The translations under genes were made by a program, and so were the position numbers. Source: Staphylococcus phage vB_Sau_S24. From it: DNA of 64,000 bases. Under the pieces are notes generated by a model. It had not been told where the DNA came from. It saw nothing but the letters and a program-made list of their open reading frames with translations, and searched no databases. Every line of letters starts with the position of its first letter. Positions within the stretch are counted from its first letter, which is position 1. Of this stretch, positions 29,105-38,088 are shown piece by piece. The stretch is taken from the sequence record KY794643.1; one strand, given 5' to 3'.

Positions 29105-29220
29105 ATTTAAAAATAGGGCTTGCAAAAGCCCTAAAGATGTAGTAATATAATAGATGTAAGGAACACAAGCACACGGAACAGAAATTAAATAAAAAAATTA
29201 TAGAATAGGATTTGATTAAT

Positions 29221-29694
29221 ATGACAAACTTAAACCAATTGAAAGCAATTAAAGTTTCACACCTAGACACTGAGAACAGAAAAACAGTAAGCTACATTTC
29301 ACATGAACAGTTTAAAACTAGCTTTGTAGACGAACGTTGGAAAGGTGAAAGACGTACGAATAACAAATATACTATCTTTGGTTATTACCACACTAAAACA
29401 ACAGTTACAAGCCCTAGCGGTAGCCAATCAGTGAGAATGTTCGAATTCCCAGATACTCACGAAGAAGCGGAACTAAACCACCGCAAATACACAAACGACA
29501 ATGAAGCACGCTATAGAATTGAACATAGTAACAGTGATGTAAAAACTTTATGGTTACTAGCTAAAAACGGAATTATGAGTTATCAAACTGTACGCAATAT
29601 ATTTAAAAATGAATCTGATAACTTTATTATCTTCAATAGTAAAAGAACTTATAATAAATTTATGGAAAACAGATACAATAGAAGTTTAGTATAA
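29221..29694 (+). CDS. early small protein
   Basis: Hairpin-embedded promoter at about 29116-29150; conserved UTR. Confidence 0.45.
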   Translation: MTNLNQLKAIKVSHLDTENRKTVSYISHEQFKTSFVDERWKGERRTNNKYTIFGYYHTKTTVTSPSGSQSVRMFEFPDTHEEAELNHRKYTNDNEARYRIEHSNSDVKTLWLLAKNGIMSYQTVRNIFKNESDNFIIFNSKRTYNKFMENRYNRSLV

Positions 29695-29920
29695 TAGTAT
29701 AAAAAAATTATAAAAAAGGAAGTTGATTAATTATGTTTAGAATTAAAATAGATACAAATAAATTAGAAGGTAAAGCATATAAAGAATTTATAGAATTTAC
29801 AAAAAATCAAAATTATAATATATATTATAATAATGGAATATTAGATACTTGCATAGATAGTATGGAGGAATTAAATTTATATCCGAATTTAAAACCATAT
29901 GTAATTAAATAAAAAAATTA

Positions 29921-29958
29921 TAGAATTCCCTAGGATTAAATTCCTAGGGATTTTTATT
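29921..29958 (+). terminator. Rho-independent terminator TCCCTAGGA-ttaaat-TCCTAGGGA plus T-run
   Basis: Perfect 9-bp stem followed by tttttattt. Confidence 0.6.
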
Positions 29959-30656
29959 TGTTTCAATTTATATAAAAAAATTATTTAATAAAAAAATTAG
30001 TGTAAAATTGACTGTTGACAAGAATATATTTTTTATGGTATAATGAAGTGAAGACCTTTTTTAGTATAAAAATATTATTATATAAAAAATTTATATTAAA
30101 TGGTTTTAAAGCCCCTCTTTCTCCCCACCTTGTCATATTTATAGTGGAAGGGTTAGGCGGGTTACCACTGTTTTACTTTCTATATATAGTATACTATGAA
30201 TAACGGTAATTGTCAACACCTTTCAGAAACTTTTTTTACTTTCTTTTATTATTATATAAAAAAATTATATATAAAAAAAGGCTCCAATTCCATTATATAA
30301 TAATTCGGACTTATTGTCAATACTTTTATTAAAAAAAGTTTTTTAAATTAATTTCAATAAATCTATTGACTTATCTTTTATTATCCTTTAATATATAGGT
30401 ATACCAACAAGGGAGGTAATACAAATGCTAAAATTCAAATGGAAAAACAAAACAATTAAATCAACTCAAAAAACAGATAACATTCTTTTACTTATTATAG
30501 GTGGTTTAGTTGCAACAGTCACACCTAAACTTGTAAATTGGTTTTTACTACTACAAGATAACATAAACATTTTTATTAAATAAGTGTTGACAACTTAGAA
30601 ATTACATGTTAATATTAAGATAACAAATAAAACAACTGAAAAGGAATTGATTAATT

Positions 30657-30965
30657 ATGAAAAACTTACAAAACTTGAAATTTTACTCTTACAGTGGATT
30701 TGAAAGCCCTGAATTACTAGCAATCGGATTTGACAACTTAATAAAAGATTTAACTGTAGAAAGCAATTATCTAGGTGATGTAACAGACGATACTATAGAT
30801 GAATTAAAAGATTGGTTGGATTTGTTTGATACTATTGAAGAAATGCAACAACACCATGAGAATGTAATCAACGGAATTTGGATAAACCCAACATATGAAA
30901 ATTTAAAAGATTTTAATTTATCTGTTGGACTTGATGAAAATGATTATATAGAAAGTTTTAAATAA
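30657..30965 (+). CDS. early small acidic protein
   Basis: Promoter 30587-30615; UTR aaaggaattgattaattATG. Confidence 0.45.
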   Translation: MKNLQNLKFYSYSGFESPELLAIGFDNLIKDLTVESNYLGDVTDDTIDELKDWLDLFDTIEEMQQHHENVINGIWINPTYENLKDFNLSVGLDENDYIESFK

Positions 30966-31127
30966 GTGTTGACAATCTAGAAATTACATGTTATTATTAA
31001 GGTACAAGGTAAGGGAAGCGGTTGACCGCTTCCAACCTAGTAAAAAAAGTTTTAAAAAACTATTGACAGTCACTTGAAACCATGATATTATTAAGATAAC
31101 AAATAAACAGAAAAGGAATTGATTATA

Positions 31128-31454
31128 ATGAAATTTATCAAAACTATCGAAAACTTATTAGAAAAAGCCGAAAACAAAGGGGAAGCAATTTTAAATGGTC
31201 GTATGAACATGGGTTGGGGAATGTCTGGAGGACTTGAAGAAAAATATGCAATTGAGATTGACGGTAATAAATTAGTTATGAGACATTGGGGAACACAAAC
31301 AATTGAGATTGACTTAAGCATGAAAGAGATTGTTTCATACTATGGAGAGTCTAACAGTGATAGAGATAGCCTAAACACGCTCGTATATTGCCTAGGGATT
31401 GCACCAAACTTCCGTTACTTGCCTAGCAAAGATTTATTCATTTACGAAAATTAA
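31128..31454 (+). CDS. early small protein
   Basis: Promoter at about 31064-31092; UTR aaaggaattgattataATG. Confidence 0.45.
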   Translation: MKFIKTIENLLEKAENKGEAILNGRMNMGWGMSGGLEEKYAIEIDGNKLVMRHWGTQTIEIDLSMKEIVSYYGESNSDRDSLNTLVYCLGIAPNFRYLPSKDLFIYEN

Positions 31455-31533
31455 TTAAATAAAGGGCTTGACTTCCAAGCCCTAGCATGATATACTTGTA
31501 TTAACAAATCAAAGAGAAAAGGAATTGATGAAA

Positions 31534-31935
31534 ATGTTCAAATTACAAAATAAAGTGGAAATTATCGTACCTAAGGAAGATAACAACGGTGTTGAGATTG
31601 ACGACTTAGCAATTCGTGAATCATTAGAAAATATCACTAAAATATGTGGAGGTTGTACTACTACAGACGTTAAAGGTCAATGGTATTCAGACAATGAACA
31701 ACGTATCATGCAAGACAATAACACTAACCTTGAATGGTACTATAATAAGGCTATGGAGGACGTGAACGACCAACAAGGGCTATTAAAAGGCTTATCAGAT
31801 ATTACTAGAATTCTAATCACTGAGTACGGTCAAGAAGGCATTAGCATTAAAATTAATGGTACACTATATATCATTGATGAAAGTGATTTAAATTTCTTAT
31901 CTTATGAATTATACGCTTTAATGTTTAAAAATTAA
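31534..31935 (+). CDS. early small protein
   Basis: Hairpin promoter 31464-31482; UTR aaaggaattgatgaaaATG; hairpin terminator at about 31959-31990. Confidence 0.45.
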   Translation: MFKLQNKVEIIVPKEDNNGVEIDDLAIRESLENITKICGGCTTTDVKGQWYSDNEQRIMQDNNTNLEWYYNKAMEDVNDQQGLLKGLSDITRILITEYGQEGISIKINGTLYIIDESDLNFLSYELYALMFKN

Positions 31936-32174
31936 ATAAAAAATTTATATAAACCGCTTCGGATTAAATTCTTGAAGCGGTTATTTTCTTTTAAATTAGG
32001 GCTTGACAAATGTACGAAAAAATGAGATAATGAAGTGATGACTTTTTTTCGTATAAAAATAATATTATATAAAAAAATTATATAAATGAATTTAGTTCGG
32101 CTCTTTCCCGATACCCCTCTTGGGCATCTCTGGTATCTCTACAATTATTATTATACTATGAGTAAGGGAAAAGG

Positions 32175-32669
32175 TCAACCCTTTCCCTTAAATTCTTTTA
32201 AAATATATTTTACAGAGTCTAAACTTAAATTATATTCCTTTGCTAGCATTGGCATGGTATACTTATATGGTTTATACTTTTGTTGTATTTCTTTGATTTC
32301 TTTTTGTGTTGGTGCTTTACCTCTTTTGTATCTAAAATCATCAGTTTTATTGTGGTGTGTGGTGTGTTCTAATGGGCTAATACATTCTAGGTTATCAATA
32401 CAGTTATTTTGTTTATTACCGTCTATATGGTGGATATGGTAGTCTTTGTTGAAGTCTGTTCCAAAATACTCATATACAAGCCTATGCACTCTGATATTTC
32501 TTTTTGCTATCCTAACTGTTGAATACCCTTTTTTAGTTGCAGAATGTTTTAAAATACGCTCTTTTCCTTTGATGTTACTTTTAACAATACCATTACTAGA
32601 AACATAATATTTATTATTTTCATTAGATAATTTTTTTATAAGTTTCCAAATTTCTTTTATTTCTTTCAT
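32175..32669 (-). CDS. free-standing HNH homing endonuclease
   Basis: HNH motif HRLVYEYF…HIHHIDGNKQNNCIDNLECISPLEH; opposite strand inside a plus-strand block; RBS aggagg after revcomp. Confidence 0.8.
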   Translation of the reverse strand: MKEIKEIWKLIKKLSNENNKYYVSSNGIVKSNIKGKERILKHSATKKGYSTVRIAKRNIRVHRLVYEYFGTDFNKDYHIHHIDGNKQNNCIDNLECISPLEHTTHHNKTDDFRYKRGKAPTQKEIKEIQQKYKPYKYTMPMLAKEYNLSLDSVKYILKEFKGKG

Positions 32670-32929
32670 ATAATATTCCTCCTAGTTTTTGATTCTCTCT
32701 TTTATTATATAATAATTTGCCCCCAATGTCAAGAACTTTCTTCAAAATAATTTATTTAAAAAAGTTTCATAAATCTATTGACTTATCTTTTATTATAGTG
32801 TAATATATAGAGTGTAATAAGGAAGCGGAACACTTAAAAAAAGAAATTAAAAAACTTTTAAAAAAGTGTTGACAAACTTCCAACCACATGTTATTATTAA
32901 TATATACTAAAGAAAAGGAAATGATAATT

Positions 32930-33184
32930 ATGAAAAAAACATTCGAGCAAGCTTTAAACCACGCACAAGAGGAAATCAGACAAGGCAACTTAGGGGAAAC
33001 AATTGTAACGCTTCAAATAGCATTAAGAAGCAAAGGAATTGTCAAGGTAAGCCAGTTCATGTGTCACAGAAATATGGACGTTGAAACTTTCAAAAATAAA
33101 GCAATCAAAAACATTTGGGAAAACTTTGAAACAAGCATTGAAGAGTCTGACCTAGAATTACCTTACACAGTGATTTGTAAATAA
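32930..33184 (+). CDS. early small protein
   Basis: Promoter TTGACA at about 32872; UTR aaaggaaatgataattATG. Confidence 0.45.
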   Translation: MKKTFEQALNHAQEEIRQGNLGETIVTLQIALRSKGIVKVSQFMCHRNMDVETFKNKAIKNIWENFETSIEESDLELPYTVICK

Positions 33185-33430
33185 ATTAAATAAAGGGGTT
33201 GACATCCAACCCCTATCATGTTAATATTAGAGTATAAAGAAAAGGGAGGAAATACAAAATGGCAAATTCAAACTTAGGCAACATTCAAAAAATGGCGGAC
33301 AAATTCATGCCACCTGCAGGCTATCCAAATAAGAAGAAAAAGCAAAGCAAAAAGAAATAAAAAAATCTAAATAAGGGGTTGACACTTAACCCCTTAGATG
33401 TTATTATTAATATATACTAAAGAAAAGGAA

Positions 33431-33604
33431 ATGATGACAATGACAAAAACAATCAAACAATTAGAAAGCCAACTTGAAAGGCTAGAAAGAAAATCAGATG
33501 AGGAGTTAGCAAACGGATATTATGATTCATTTGAAAGAACATGTGCACAGATTAGAGAATTAGACCTACAAATCGAATTAAAAAAGAATTCAGAAACTGT
33601 TTAA
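33431..33604 (+). CDS. early small protein
   Basis: Hairpin promoter 33376-33394; same promoter and UTR as 32930. Confidence 0.4.
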   Translation: MMTMTKTIKQLESQLERLERKSDEELANGYYDSFERTCAQIRELDLQIELKKNSETV

Positions 33605-33691
33605 AAAAATTAAATACAGGGCTTGACACTCAAGCCCTAAACCCTTATAATTAGAATTAACAAATAAAACAAATGAGAGGAATTGATAAAC

Positions 33692-33928
33692 ATGAAATTA
33701 TTAAACCAAGAAAATCAAATCGTAATTAGCATAGTGACACTTGAGAGTGTCAAAAAAGCCCTAATTTGGGAGTACATCGACCACATAGACAATAACATCC
33801 TAGGCAATAAACTTTATGACACAGAAGCGGTTGTCATTACTTCTGAGACCTTGCAGTCAATCAAATTTGCAGAGACTATGGAAGACCTACAGGAATGCAT
33901 TGCAGATATTAATTGGAAATTAGTTTAA
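33692..33928 (+). CDS. early small protein
   Basis: Hairpin promoter 33622-33640. Confidence 0.4.
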   Translation: MKLLNQENQIVISIVTLESVKKALIWEYIDHIDNNILGNKLYDTEAVVITSETLQSIKFAETMEDLQECIADINWKLV

Positions 33929-34018
33929 AAAAGTTTTAAATAAGGTCTTGACTTCCAAGCCCTACAATGGTAATATTAAGGTAGTTAGAAAATACTAAAT
34001 GAAAAGGAATTGATTATA

Positions 34019-34363
34019 ATGACAAACTTACTAAACACTATTGAAATGGATTTTGAATATAACGGAGTACAATTTGAGGGAAATTGGAAACATAATGCCT
34101 ACACTGTAGAGCTAACGCATAATGGAGTTACAGAAGAATTTGACTGGAAACAAGGCATGGGAATTTACGAAGAGCCTGAACTAGAAAGAATTTTAGAAAG
34201 CTTAATGCTAGATATTCATTACTATGAAGAAGATATCTATTCAATGTATGAGGACGAAGAACAGGCAGAAAAAATAATTGAGCAGTTAAAAGGGCAAACT
34301 AAAAAGGTAAATAAACTATTTACAGATGAGGAACAAGCAGAGCTAGTTGAATATTTTGAATAG
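34019..34363 (+). CDS. early small acidic protein
   Basis: Hairpin promoter 33945-33963; UTR aaaggaattgattataATG. Confidence 0.45.
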   Translation: MTNLLNTIEMDFEYNGVQFEGNWKHNAYTVELTHNGVTEEFDWKQGMGIYEEPELERILESLMLDIHYYEEDIYSMYEDEEQAEKIIEQLKGQTKKVNKLFTDEEQAELVEYFE

Positions 34364-34436
34364 TACCAGGAAGCACACAGAGACACACAGAGAAGCTTAA
34401 CCGCTTCTCTAATACAAATATTAGGAGATGTTGAAC

Positions 34437-34700
34437 ATGAAAGTAAAACAACTTAACAATGCCAAGGAACTATACGAAAATTTATTTGCTATCGAATATG
34501 ATAGCACTATCGAGGAAGATTGGACGATAGATAATGAATCACTAGAAGCGGAATTATTTTTAGGGTTATCAGATGAGGGCAAAAAGGTTTATGCAATGAG
34601 TCAAGCCAAGCAGTGGGCTAATACTGTTATGGATATGGAAGAAGAGGAATATAGAAGACTTTACGGAAATGATTTAGATTATATTTTAGAGGAGATGTAA
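34437..34700 (+). CDS. early small acidic protein
   Basis: RBS ttaggagatg. Confidence 0.4.
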   Translation: MKVKQLNNAKELYENLFAIEYDSTIEEDWTIDNESLEAELFLGLSDEGKKVYAMSQAKQWANTVMDMEEEEYRRLYGNDLDYILEEM

Positions 34701-34876
34701 ATAATGAACACAAGAAGGGTAAACAAAGCGTTAGACGAAGCAGTTAGATTATTAGATAAGCAAATAGCAGACACACAGAAGACAATGCAGGAGCTAAACA
34801 AACAACTGGAACAACAAATAAAGGCTAAGCAGGAGCTAATGACACTAGTGGATGCTATGACTGGTGATGATGATTA

Positions 34877-35146
34877 ATGAACATTAAAGAGGTGCATAAT
34901 GTTGTTAAGAGTGCAAAGAGCAAGCTCTTGCAGGAGCAGGAGCACATATCAAATCATGTTATTGAAGACTACATCACAGAGGAGCTACACAGACGCACGC
35001 AGGGAAGCGGAACAATACAGATGAACAATAACACCGCTTCATATAGTAATGACTCATATGGTAGCTTAAAAGAGCTTAGAGAAGCTTATGACCTATCTTC
35101 GTTATCTACTGGTGAGATTAAAGAGCTGATAAAAACATTTGTTTAA
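34877..35146 (+). CDS. early small protein
   Basis: ORF track. Confidence 0.4.
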   Translation: MNIKEVHNVVKSAKSKLLQEQEHISNHVIEDYITEELHRRTQGSGTIQMNNNTASYSNDSYGSLKELREAYDLSSLSTGEIKELIKTFV

Positions 35147-35241
35147 ATTTATTTAAAAAAGTTTAGTCAAAACACTTTACAACTATTTAATTTGTATGTT
35201 ACAATGAACTTAACAAATTAAAAGAAAAGGAAATGATACAA

Positions 35242-35463
35242 ATGAGAGACTTACAAGAGAGAAAAAGAGAATTAAAAACATTACTATTTAACTTAGCTAT
35301 AGAGAAGAACAGAGCAACTGATGAACAGTTAAGAGAGGTATTAGAACAATCTCATCAAGAGGTGATGAATCAATTAAATAAAGTAAGAAAAGAAATTGAA
35401 ATTTTAGTCGAAGAGAAAGAAAGAGAATTTTGGAACGATTTCGATTTTAATGGATTAGATTAA
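35242..35463 (+). CDS. early small coiled-coil protein
   Basis: Promoter TTTACA at about 35176; UTR aaaggaaatgatacaaATG; terminator 35461-35500. Confidence 0.45.
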   Translation: MRDLQERKRELKTLLFNLAIEKNRATDEQLREVLEQSHQEVMNQLNKVRKEIEILVEEKEREFWNDFDFNGLD

Positions 35464-35522
35464 GAGGAGGGCAAACGCCCTTCTTTATTTTTGTCTTATT
35501 ATATAATTTTTTTATATTATAC

Positions 35523-35721
35523 GGGGGCAGGGGTAAAATGCCACTCAAAGGGGGTGGGTCTATATACCCCTACCCTCTACCCAGGTACTTATTTTTTGGG
35601 GAAAATTATGAAAATAAATATTTAAAAGTCAACACCATTATAATAAGTCAACATTATAACCCTACCCTGTCAGTCAACAATTTATAGTATAAATAAGAAG
35701 CCCTTAAATATAAAGTCAACA
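35523..35721. repeat. G-run cluster (GGGGGCAGGGG…GGGGGTGGG) followed by four AGTCAACA repeats in an ORF-free convergent zone
   Basis: Direct reading. Confidence 0.6.
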
Positions 35722-35737
35722 TATCTAAAATAAAAAA

Positions 35738-35768
35738 GAGGAGGTATATTCCCCCCCTCCTCTCTTAC
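35738..35768. terminator. Bidirectional terminator hairpin AGAGGAGG…CCTCCTCT between convergent transcription units
   Basis: Inverted repeat flanked by A-run and T-run contexts. Confidence 0.5.
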
Positions 35769-36059
35769 CTATACAAGTAATCTTCTATTATCTAGTTCCT
35801 GTTCAACGACATTCAAGTGTTCCCAAACCTCAATCCAGTTTACTCTTGAATCATCATGATAAAGGTGGTAGTCTTGAGGGTTTTCTAAATACTCCTCTAG
35901 CTCGTCAAAGTATAGAACCTCAAAAGCTGTGTCGTCTAAACCTAGTTGAATCTTTAGTATATCCTTATACCCTAATTGTTTATCTCCTATATAAGCTGTG
36001 TCCTCTAATCTCTTCTCTAGTTTATTAAATAATGTTTGTACGCCTTGTAATTCATTCAT
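35769..36059 (-). CDS. hypothetical acidic protein
   Basis: First gene of the minus-strand block; bidirectional hairpin terminator at 35738-35768. Confidence 0.5.
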   Translation of the reverse strand: MNELQGVQTLFNKLEKRLEDTAYIGDKQLGYKDILKIQLGLDDTAFEVLYFDELEEYLENPQDYHLYHDDSRVNWIEVWEHLNVVEQELDNRRLLV

Positions 36060-36149
36060 AATTAATTCCTCCTTATTGGTTATATACTTAGTATAAAGGA
36101 TAGGAATTAGAATGTCAATAGTTTTATATAAAAAAAAAGAGAAAGAATA

Positions 36150-36398
36150 TTATTCTTCCTCTAAGGTATTATTAATAACTTCTAATTCATGAATAGTAAT
36201 CATATCCATGCTATCGAATCCTCTTGGGTCTCCTTTAATGAACTCTTGTTCTCCTCTATAGGTAATCTCTTCTTTATACCCTTCTTCTTTAATACGTTTA
36301 ATTAAGTTCTCCTTATTTGTATAAACTTCATCTTCTCTGAAATGGAAATTATCTTCATAGGGCTCACAATTATTATGTTCTACTTGATATAGTTTCAT
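36150..36398 (-). CDS. hypothetical protein
   Basis: ORF track. Confidence 0.45.
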   Translation of the reverse strand: MKLYQVEHNNCEPYEDNFHFREDEVYTNKENLIKRIKEEGYKEEITYRGEQEFIKGDPRGFDSMDMITIHELEVINNTLEEE

Positions 36399-36413
36399 AT
36401 TAGTTATCCTCCT

Positions 36414-36659
36414 CTATTCTCTATAGTCATCATATATTTCTAGGTAAGGTGAAAATGGTGAGTCACCTCTAGTATTGATAATAACTTCACCTTCATGTTT
36501 ACTTATCTCTGTGAGCTCTTCTAGGCTATTAATTTCTACACACCAACGTTCTAGTGTAAATGGATTACCTTTTTGGTCTACAAGTTCTAGTTTCTTTATA
36601 TAGGCACCCTCTATAGGCTTTTTATTAATGGTGCTTGTTCTATCTATAAAAAATTCCAT
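36414..36659 (-). CDS. hypothetical protein
   Basis: ORF track; RBS. Confidence 0.45.
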   Translation of the reverse strand: MEFFIDRTSTINKKPIEGAYIKKLELVDQKGNPFTLERWCVEINSLEELTEISKHEGEVIINTRGDSPFSPYLEIYDDYRE

Positions 36660-37141
36660 TAGTTTTCCTCCTTATATTCTTTATAACTTTTAATAACAAT
36701 CTTACAGATACCTCTATTAACAGCTAAAAACAATAAAAATGATAACAGAGTTATAACTGCTCTAGTATCTCCTGTGAAAGGTAATACTTTAAATAGTAAA
36801 ACACTTTCTAAAACACTTGTAGCTGTGATAATTGTAAGATATAAGATAGATAATAAGTAATCCTTTAATTTTAGTTTAACAAAAGGTTTTTTATTATCTT
36901 GAGTTCTTACTATACCGTATAGAATTATAAACCATTCTACAGGTATGAGCATAGTTATAAAGTCATTATTTATGTCTAATGCATATAAACCATAAATGAT
37001 ACCTGCAGGAATACCAATAATGAATGCTAAAAATACAGAGAATATAATTAGCATTATAGGAAGAGCTACAAGGAATCCTAAGCCTTGTTTTGAGTACTCT
37101 AATGTATTCTTTCCTAAGGATTTAAAGAATGTTTTACTCAT
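36659..37141 (-). CDS. membrane protein (4 TM)
   Basis: Hydrophobic helices. Confidence 0.5.
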   Translation of the reverse strand: MSKTFFKSLGKNTLEYSKQGLGFLVALPIMLIIFSVFLAFIIGIPAGIIYGLYALDINNDFITMLIPVEWFIILYGIVRTQDNKKPFVKLKLKDYLLSILYLTIITATSVLESVLLFKVLPFTGDTRAVITLLSFLLFLAVNRGICKIVIKSYKEYKEEN

Positions 37142-37562
37142 ATGATTCTTCCTCCTCTTCTATAGAATTACTTTCCGTAATAGTTACTTCTAGCATGTTA
37201 TTGTAATACTCATTCTTTTGATTGATATTGTAGAAGTCGTTATATTCATTAAAGTCTACATAAGTGTATTCATTTGTATCATCATCATAAATAATATCTA
37301 TAGCTGTAATATCTGAGTATGCTGTAATCATTTCATAAGCATCTGTATTATCCGGATAAGTAAAACCAACTTGAGGTATTTCTTTAGGGTTATCAATAAG
37401 GATACCAAAATAAGTACATCTACGTGTTCGACTTATGTGTGAAGTACCGTAGTAATCTATACCTTCTGTAATTCCATCTACATGGAACCTTTTTACATCT
37501 TTAGGTTCTAGTCTTACAACATCACAATTTTCTAATACTAAATCAATATATTTTATATTCAT
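37134..37562 (-). CDS. hypothetical acidic protein
   Basis: ORF track. Confidence 0.45.
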   Translation of the reverse strand: MNIKYIDLVLENCDVVRLEPKDVKRFHVDGITEGIDYYGTSHISRTRRCTYFGILIDNPKEIPQVGFTYPDNTDAYEMITAYSDITAIDIIYDDDTNEYTYVDFNEYNDFYNINQKNEYYNNMLEVTITESNSIEEEEESYE

Positions 37563-37576
37563 TTTAATTCTCCTCT

Positions 37577-38071
37577 TTATTTAAACTTATTATATACGCA
37601 ATGGACTCTAACATCTTCCATTACTTTACCTAATAGATTCTGACCTTTCCAGTTGCTTTTATCTAATATCTTAGGGTCATTTGCTTTAAGTCCTACGCCC
37701 CATATTTTATCATAAGGTGATGCTTCTACGAAGTCTTTACATAAATCTGTATCGAGTATTTCCCGTTTTAAGTGTGTAGTCATAAATTTATCTTTAACCA
37801 CTTCTACCATAATGTCATATCTTACTTTATTCCATTGCTCTTCATTAAAATTACGAACTTTACGTCCTAAACTTTTAGCATGTTTCGGATTCTTAGCATT
37901 TAATATTTCTCCTGCTATTTGCCAGTCTCTGAAATATTGAGCTTTACGCCACATAAAAGCTTGTTCTGAATTATTAAATGTTCTTCCTTTATGTTTAAAC
38001 TTTATAGGGTAAAAGTTAGAGTAAATATCTTCCTGACCCCAAAACATAATGTATCTTTTAGTCTCTCTCAT
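37577..38071 (-). CDS. NADAR (YbiA-like, DUF1768) domain protein
   Basis: SNF…F.HKG..F.NSEQAFMWRKAQYF.D…EIL…P…K.LGRKV.NF…W…IM…KF…L..T….L.EASP.D.IWGVGL pattern typical of NADAR. Confidence 0.65.
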   Translation of the reverse strand: MRETKRYIMFWGQEDIYSNFYPIKFKHKGRTFNNSEQAFMWRKAQYFRDWQIAGEILNAKNPKHAKSLGRKVRNFNEEQWNKVRYDIMVEVVKDKFMTTHLKREILDTDLCKDFVEASPYDKIWGVGLKANDPKILDKSNWKGQNLLGKVMEDVRVHCVYNKFK

Positions 38072-38088
38072 TTGTTATTATCTCCTTT

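Noticed and set aside
27965-32988. Short ORFs 27965..28147, 29064..29270, 30015..30203, 31091..31321, 32086..32442, 32767..32988 in the early array
   Set aside because: They overlap promoters or hairpins or are antisense to better-supported genes (32086..32442 is antisense to the HNH gene). 30015..30203 spans a promoter and an AT-rich leader.
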